Virus record (IMG/VR): IMGVR_UViG_3300045988_121885
Location: 1 to 35,317 of that record
Source of the DNA: a virus
Direction: 5' to 3' (one strand)
DNA length: 35,317 nucleotides
In this document: piece by piece, positions 30,373 through 35,317 of the stretch
Layout: each line of letters starts with the position of its first letter
How positions within the stretch are numbered: position 1 is the stretch's first letter
Made by a program: the position numbers and the translations under genes
The notes under the pieces: model-generated
The model's input: only the letters and a program-made list of their open reading frames with translations
Database searches by the model: none
What the model was told of the DNA's origin: nothing

Positions 30373-30401
30373 ATTATATCACACTAAAAATAGTTTGTCA
30401 A
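30373..30401 (-). promoter_or_regulatory. Early promoter TTGACA-17-TGaTATAAT
   Basis: Minus strand: aaaatatttaaaaatattcTTGACAaactatttttagtgtgaTATAATtag. Perfect hexamers, an extended -10 and a UP-like tract. Confidence 0.75.
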
Positions 30402-30420
30402 GAATATTTTTAAATATTTT
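30394..30420. repeat. 27-bp direct repeat (copy 2), identical to 23114-23140
   Basis: Read directly. Confidence 0.9.
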
Positions 30421-30440
30421 CAAATATTTTTTAGGATTAG

Positions 30441-30474
30441 AGAGAAAAGGAAAAAGCACCCCAAAATGGAGTGC
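30441..30474 (-). terminator. Intrinsic terminator separating the lysis-distal genes from the early promoter
   Basis: Minus strand: GCACTCCAttttTGGGGTGCTTTTTCCTTTTCTCTC. Confidence 0.7.
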
Positions 30475-30624
30475 CTTTCCCATTCAAAAGGAAATGAATT
30501 TGTAAGTATAGTATAAGCTATAAAGGGCTAAAAATCAATAGCCTTTTACAGTTTCCATACACCTTTTGAGGGTTTTAAAATAACCCATTCTGTAAAAAGG
30601 TGCGTAATTTCCGTAAGCCATAAT

Positions 30625-31008
30625 TTAACCCTCGTCTTTCTTAAAGTAATATTCAGGAATTTCATTCCCGCTATTCCAAATATCAAAATATTTGCCGTCT
30701 TTAACGCATAGGGCGTGTGTGCCGGTACCGAGAATGAATGTCCCCTCGGGATTGTCTTTGCAAAAGTCCTCAACGGTGTAACAGTCACAATCATTAGGAA
30801 TAGCATATCTCTTATAGCCCTTGTCTTTCAAATATGAAGCCCATACACCGTTACCGCTCGGCATATCGCAAAGCATAGCGCCTTGTAGGCATAGTCCCCA
30901 ATAAGTTGTATGCCAATCTTGATTGAGCGCCGTACTTATTGCTCTTATCACACAATCTCCAGTGCGACGATTAAGAGGATTTACATTAACCTCGTTAAAA
31001 TATTCCAT
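30625..31008 (-). CDS. Hypothetical 127-aa protein with a possible Cys/His papain-like dyad
   Basis: TGDCVIRAIS and GTGTHALCVKDG are spaced as in small cysteine-peptidase-like folds. The inference is weak. Confidence 0.5.
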   Translation of the reverse strand: MEYFNEVNVNPLNRRTGDCVIRAISTALNQDWHTTYWGLCLQGAMLCDMPSGNGVWASYLKDKGYKRYAIPNDCDCYTVEDFCKDNPEGTFILGTGTHALCVKDGKYFDIWNSGNEIPEYYFKKDEG

Positions 31009-31020
31009 AATAGCACCACC

Positions 31021-31179
31021 TCAAACGCTATCTTTCATTTCCATTTCGAGTTTTAACAATGCACATTCGTATAATTCTAATAGTTTTCCTTGCTCTTTTG
31101 CTTGCTCTATGCGGTCAATTACTTCTTTACGGCTCATACCGTATTTTGTCTGTAATGCCGCTTTCAAAATATCATTCAT
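31021..31179 (-). CDS. 52-aa helical protein
   Basis: Hand translation: MNDILKAALQTKYGMSRKEVIDRIEQAKEQGKLLELYECALLKLEMEMKDSV. RBS AAGGAG. Confidence 0.5.
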   Translation of the reverse strand: MNDILKAALQTKYGMSRKEVIDRIEQAKEQGKLLELYECALLKLEMEMKDSV

Positions 31180-31255
31180 TGGTAATCACTCCTTTGTTTA
31201 TATTATAACTCTAAATAAAACAAAAAAATCGCACGATAAACGCACGATTTACGCA

Positions 31256-31298
31256 TAAAAACTCCCCCACGGCGAAAGTATTTAAAATACCGTGGGGG
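31256..31298 (-). terminator. Hairpin CCCCCACGG (17-nt loop) CCGTGGGGG followed by AGTTTTTAT
   Basis: Read directly, downstream of the 66-aa HTH gene. The loop is long for a terminator. Confidence 0.5.
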
Positions 31299-31341
31299 AA
31301 TAGAAAGGAGGTGTCCGCCGATTGCGGAATTTCCGACATAA

Positions 31342-31542
31342 TTAAATTTCTTTTAAAATTTTCTTGCAGATAGAATTTATTCGTTTTGATACCGTTCTAT
31401 CGCAAATATTTAACTTAATAGCAATTTGCGTTATTGAATAACCTTTACGGCGCAAATCAAATATTTCGATTTCTTCTTCACTAAACGGACAGCGTTCAAG
31501 AAATCTTTGGTATTCATCATATGAAAAGTCAAACTTATTCAA
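31342..31542 (-). CDS. Sigma-70 region-4 / LuxR-type HTH small regulator (66 aa)
   Basis: EIEIFDLRRKGYSITQIAIKLNICDRTVSKRINSICKKI resembles region 4. TTG start after GGCGGTGA. Confidence 0.65.
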   Translation of the reverse strand: MNKFDFSYDEYQRFLERCPFSEEEIEIFDLRRKGYSITQIAIKLNICDRTVSKRINSICKKILKEI

Positions 31543-31619
31543 CGCTTCACCGCCTTTTTTGTTTAAGGCGAGTGACCTTTATTTTTCGTTTAATACGCTT
31601 ACGATTCTTCGGTGTGATT

Positions 31620-31901
31620 CTAATTTTTCGTATTCGTTGCCCCATTGTTAATATCTCCATCATTACCGATATAGTTATTAACACCATACCCGTCTCGCTC
31701 GATGTTATCTACTGCAATATCACTTGTTAAAACTACATATATGATACCACCAAGCACCGAGAGCAATGCAAGAAATGTTACAAGCCAAGCGATAAACCAC
31801 CGTTTAGATTGTTTGCGTGTATCTTGCACAAGCCGCATTGCGAGGCTTTCTTCAACCTTTTGCTTGCCTTTTTCTGCGACATCTTGACAATTACAAGGCA
31901 T
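31620..31901 (-). CDS. 93-aa single-pass membrane protein (lysis-cassette associated)
   Basis: Central TM helix WFIAWLVTFLALLSVLGGIIYVVL. Confidence 0.55.
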   Translation of the reverse strand: MPCNCQDVAEKGKQKVEESLAMRLVQDTRKQSKRWFIAWLVTFLALLSVLGGIIYVVLTSDIAVDNIERDGYGVNNYIGNDGDINNGATNTKN

Positions 31902-32129
31902 TTATATCACTCTCCCGATAAAATTGACTATCTCGGCGGCTAATATAGTTGTAGCAAGCCCAGTGATAAACTTAACTATATTAAATAAGGTTTTAATGCG
32001 CTCATTTATCTTTGCGTTATCCAATTCGTCGAGACGGACACGCTCTGCCAAATCGTTATAATCTTTGGCAATACTGGTTCGGCGTGCTTCGCATTCCTTT
32101 TGAGTAACATAATTGTGTTGCTCTGTCAC
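31902..32129 (-). CDS. 75-aa C-terminally anchored membrane protein
   Basis: GTG start 6 nt after GGGGGA. C-terminal TM helix FITGLATTILAAEIVNFIG. Confidence 0.5.
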   Translation of the reverse strand: MTEQHNYVTQKECEARRTSIAKDYNDLAERVRLDELDNAKINERIKTLFNIVKFITGLATTILAAEIVNFIGRVI

Positions 32130-32131
32130 TT

Positions 32132-32338
32132 TTATTCCCCCTTAACTTCGGGCAAGCCCGCAAAGCTGTTAAGGATTGAGAGAAGTCCTGCAAGGATTGA
32201 CGCTGATACAACAACTTTCCAATCAACCGAGGAAATAACCGCCGATGTGCCTATAGTGGCAACAGCTGTCTGTGCTACGGTTTTCAAGGCTCTCACACCC
32301 GCCGCTTTGAACCACTGCTTTGTAAATATCTTTTTCAT
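32132..32338 (-). CDS. Holin
   Basis: 68 aa with two hydrophobic segments and an LL-H-type pattern (ALKTVAQTAVATIG). Adjacent to the endolysin. Confidence 0.7.
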   Translation of the reverse strand: MKKIFTKQWFKAAGVRALKTVAQTAVATIGTSAVISSVDWKVVVSASILAGLLSILNSFAGLPEVKGE

Positions 32339-32342
32339 AATA

Positions 32343-33269
32343 TTACCTCACTTCAATTTGTATGCCGTCAATCTCTTGCCCGAGTATTCCAGCATATCCA
32401 TTATTGCTGTCTTTGGTGTTATAGCCTGTTACCCAAGGCAACCAAGCATTTCTGCGGCGCAAATGCGCTCTGTATCTGATTGTTTTGCCTGTATCGGTTT
32501 TCATCATAAGACCGTCAATTGGCTTATTGTAAAGACCTGCATAATCGGAACGATTAACCACTTCAGGCAACCATTTACCGCCTTTATAATGCACGGCATA
32601 GGTTATATTGCCCTTTGAAAGATTGGCGAATACACAACATACATCGTGACCGAACAACCCGGCATAATCTTCCGTATTCTTGACATTCGGCAACCAAACG
32701 TTTTTAACATCATCCCATATTTGATAGATTACATCTATCTTTGTGGGTTGAGGTGCAGGAGTAGGCTTAACAGGTTGCACAGGTTCACCCATTTTCGACT
32801 TAATGAGATTAAGGAAATTATCCCAACCGTATTCATCGAGTATTCTATGTGGGCAATGCTTGTGATTGCCGTAGTCCTGATGTTTGGTGACCCTATCAAT
32901 ACCCCAACCGTAGTCCTTTAAAAGCTTTGCGGTAAGTTCTGCGGCATTATCAAGCGCCTTTAACCAACGCTCACCGCCCGATTTTGAATAGCATATCTCA
33001 ATGGCTATTCCCTCACGGTTTCCCTTGCCGTTGCCATCACTTGCGTGCCAAGCATTGCGATTAAGGTCTATACCTTGAACAGCCTCTTTATCATCAACCG
33101 CAAAATGGAAAGAAGTCTCCATATTATTACGGTGCATATAGGCTATTTCATTTTCGGCGCTTGCGTCATTCGCCGTGTTGTGCATGACTATCAGTGTCGG
33201 TGTCATAGCATAAGGGCATTTAATACTAATTTTATCCACAGGGCAATCAATTTTTCTAATTGTTACCAT
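32343..33269 (-). CDS. Endolysin: N-acetylmuramoyl-L-alanine amidase (Amidase_2/PGRP) plus three C-terminal ChW-like repeats
   Basis: HNTANDASAENE...SFHFAVDD...AWHASDGNGKGNREGIAIEIC...KHCPHR. Three repeats follow with the pattern Y-x-[IVA]-[WH]...WLPxV...YAG[LI]... Confidence 0.85.
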   Translation of the reverse strand: MVTIRKIDCPVDKISIKCPYAMTPTLIVMHNTANDASAENEIAYMHRNNMETSFHFAVDDKEAVQGIDLNRNAWHASDGNGKGNREGIAIEICYSKSGGERWLKALDNAAELTAKLLKDYGWGIDRVTKHQDYGNHKHCPHRILDEYGWDNFLNLIKSKMGEPVQPVKPTPAPQPTKIDVIYQIWDDVKNVWLPNVKNTEDYAGLFGHDVCCVFANLSKGNITYAVHYKGGKWLPEVVNRSDYAGLYNKPIDGLMMKTDTGKTIRYRAHLRRRNAWLPWVTGYNTKDSNNGYAGILGQEIDGIQIEVR

Positions 33270-33299
33270 TTTTTCAACTCCTTTTATAATTCTATTTTA

Positions 33300-33327
33300 A
33301 TTATATCATTTATTTTTAATAAATCAA
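33300..33327 (-). promoter_or_regulatory. Promoter TTGATT-16-TGaTATAAT upstream of the endolysin
   Basis: Minus strand: ataacTTGATTtattaaaaataaatgaTATAATtaaaat. Confidence 0.5.
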
Positions 33328-33336
33328 GTTATTTTT

Positions 33337-34713
33337 TTAATTGCCGTCATATGTTCCTAAAATACCAAGGATTTTGACACCTTTTTTAATATTTTCAGGC
33401 TTTATATTACTATCTATTGTACTATCTACACTTGGTTGATACACTTTTGTTATACCATTTTTATCAGTAGAGGGCAATATCTCTTTATAGAACCCTCCCA
33501 TTACTTGTTCAAATAATACTCCTGCATTATCTGTTAAGAGCGTTGTGACGGGATATAGATTTGTTATACCCGTAACCTCGCCTGTTGCTGTCGGGGTATA
33601 TATTTGCCCTTGATAAGGTTCATAAGCAGTTGCTGTTGAGCCAAGCTCTAACTGTATATTTTCAAATGTCATAGTTACACCAATAGGTGCATTGTATGAA
33701 GCATAAAAATTCAATGAATATGTTTTACTTTCTGTTACCGTAAAGCTAATGTCGATAAAACCTCTAAAAGCGGTATTTATAATAAATTTCTTATTTTCAT
33801 TATCATATACAGCCCAACCACCATTATAACTTGTATCTGAACAGGCTACAGTACCACTACAATAATAAGTACCTGCTGGTAAATAAGTATAGCTTCCCAC
33901 GTTCATTAGTTTTGATGTTGCAGTAGTTTTAAAAGTAAACCCATTAGTTGTTTGAGTTAATTCTACTACACTTGTGCCAGCTGTTAAAGTAGATTTATTA
34001 AATAAATTCTTACCGCACCTTGTTACAGTAACAGTTGAGAAATCTGAAATGTAAGGAGTGTATGCAGTAGCGGTTGAGCCGAGTTCCAACTGAGGTTTTA
34101 AAGTGCCGCTTACAGTTCGGTTTGCCGGAATAACAAGATAACAATTTGTATTATTTGTGTTTTTTGTCGGAGTAAATGTTGTGGAAGTGTCTGTTAATAA
34201 CGGCATATAAGCAGACTGCCCTTGCGTTGAGTCGTAAATAAAGAATGTAGCACCGCCGCCGAAAGAATAATTTCCGCTTGCAGATAAAGTATAAGTTACC
34301 CGTTGTTTTAAGTTCATAGCTTTGTAAACAAAATAAAATGTTGCTTGAGCGGTCGAAGTTCCGCTAAAACTTATACTACCGTCTGCATTAACCGTAAAAG
34401 TAATTCCATTGAGTGTTTTTGTTGTATCAAAGTAGGGGTACGGTATTAAATTTTTACTACCCAATTTAGCATTTAATGTTTTAGGTGTATTATCAGGATA
34501 TTTCAACTGCACAACACTTTTATGCTCACTAAGAACATTAGTAAAATTTTCTAATATTCTTTCTTCGCCTTTGAGATTTTCTATTTGTGCGGCTTTATCA
34601 ACAAGGTCTTTATATTTTTCAGTAGCCGTTGCTGTGATACCTTTTGCGGTAATTATTTCAGCTAATCTTTTCTGTTGATTTTTGGCGTCTTGTAAATAAC
34701 CTGCTGTTGACAT
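33337..34713 (-). CDS. Tail fibre / receptor-binding protein with two tandem ~135-aa modules
   Basis: Each module starts GSKNLI or CGKNLF and ends QLELGSTATAY[TE]PY. The start overlaps the upstream stop (TAATG). Confidence 0.7.
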   Translation of the reverse strand: MSTAGYLQDAKNQQKRLAEIITAKGITATATEKYKDLVDKAAQIENLKGEERILENFTNVLSEHKSVVQLKYPDNTPKTLNAKLGSKNLIPYPYFDTTKTLNGITFTVNADGSISFSGTSTAQATFYFVYKAMNLKQRVTYTLSASGNYSFGGGATFFIYDSTQGQSAYMPLLTDTSTTFTPTKNTNNTNCYLVIPANRTVSGTLKPQLELGSTATAYTPYISDFSTVTVTRCGKNLFNKSTLTAGTSVVELTQTTNGFTFKTTATSKLMNVGSYTYLPAGTYYCSGTVACSDTSYNGGWAVYDNENKKFIINTAFRGFIDISFTVTESKTYSLNFYASYNAPIGVTMTFENIQLELGSTATAYEPYQGQIYTPTATGEVTGITNLYPVTTLLTDNAGVLFEQVMGGFYKEILPSTDKNGITKVYQPSVDSTIDSNIKPENIKKGVKILGILGTYDGN

Positions 34714-35317
34714 TATGCAATTACCTCCTCATCTGTCGGTTCTTCATCACTTTGTGTTGATACATCATTGAACATTGTGGCAAGAATAGAGTTTATATTA
34801 CCTATTGCATCATCTACATATTTCTTTGTAGCATAATCACTTAAATCAACCATACCTGCTAATACATCATACTTATATTCAGTACCTGTTGTATTGACTA
34901 TAACTACATTTGTCCCTGCTGGATAGGTCTTGCCAACGCCCTCGACAAAGTTTGAATTTGTGGTAAACTCACTCTCAATATTGTAGACAAAGCCCTCGGT
35001 TTCTTTACTCGGTGTAGGCAAGTCAGCTATTGTCGGTATAGAACCTTTAGCCTTGTAAACTGATGATACTTGTGTAGCTATTGCGTTTTCAACAAAGCCC
35101 TGATTTATAGCATAATCTTTTTGTGATGAAGATGTCGGGTTTTTGATATTGGTGAAAAATATGCCGTCATTTTGAATTATTATTTTCCCAACAGTATTAC
35201 CGTTAACATCTTTAAGGTCAAGTTCTCTATCGCTTGCACCGTCAACAATGTCAGCAAAATAATCTTGCTTCTCAAGTAAGGAATTTTCAACATCTTTACT
35301 GTTCGCTTTTTCCGACA
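34713..35317 (-). CDS. C-terminal part of the wrap-around tail fibre gene (35263..35317 duplicates 1..55)
   Basis: The frame is open from the window end to the stop at 34713. The listed ORF 34713..35021 begins at an internal TTG. Joined with 575..1 the gene is 1125 nt, or 374 aa. Confidence 0.75.
   Translation of the reverse strand, partial: SEKANSKDVENSLLEKQDYFADIVDGASDRELDLKDVNGNTVGKIIIQNDGIFFTNIKNPTSSSQKDYAINQGFVENAIATQVSSVYKAKGSIPTIADLPTPSKETEGFVYNIESEFTTNSNFVEGVGKTYPAGTNVVIVNTTGTEYKYDVLAGMVDLSDYATKKYVDDAIGNINSILATMFNDVSTQSDEEPTDEEVIA

Noticed and set aside
30546-30806. 86-aa minus-strand ORF overlapping the 3' half of the 127-aa gene and its 3' UTR
   Set aside because: It is out of frame with the better-supported 30625..31008 gene, which has a GAGGTGG RBS, and it has no RBS of its own. 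The region 30480-30624 is better explained as a structured 3' UTR (GGCTA/TAGCC and CACCTTTT/AAAAGGTG hairpins) ahead of the terminator.

Overview
The window is a complete tailed-phage genome with a unit length of 35,262 bp. Bases 1-55 recur exactly at 35263-35317, so the record is circularly closed or terminally redundant, and one tail-fibre gene runs across that junction. All calls come from hand translation and motif recognition; no database search was possible.

The organisation is siphovirus-like with Firmicutes/Clostridia-style signals: GGAGG-type RBSs, many TTGACA-17-TGnTATAAT promoters, and an Amidase_2 endolysin with ChW-like repeats. Almost all genes are on the minus strand, read here with descending coordinates:
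- Early promoter at ~30.4 kb, then an AbrB-like regulator.
- Recombination/replication module: PD-(D/E)XK nuclease, a Gly-X repeat protein, RecT, SSB, an ERCC4 nuclease and a replisome organiser.
- HNH endonuclease, a dcm remnant, a PAPS-reductase-like protein, YopX, a sigma-r4/Zn-ribbon protein and a TerS-like protein.
- A ~4.9-kb accessory island.
- TerL (split by a 389-aa LAGLIDADG intein inside the P-loop), portal, scaffold, capsid, connectors and major tail protein.
- G/GT chaperones with an in-phase A_AAA_AAG -1 slippery site, tape measure, baseplate and fibres.
- Endolysin and holin, then small regulators.

The regions most worth follow-up are:
- The island between the TerS-like gene and terL. 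It holds a small serine recombinase operon, the only plus-strand cassette (own consensus promoter and terminator, FtsK/SpoIIIE-like ATPase, bracketed by a 12-bp inverted repeat), an AT-rich repeat region, and two promoter-terminator mini-units (candidate sRNAs or an antitermination leader) just upstream of terL.
- The terL intein.
- A perfectly alternating (Gly-X)36 low-complexity protein in the recombination module.

I saw no integrase, CI-type repressor, tRNA, rRNA or CRISPR array.
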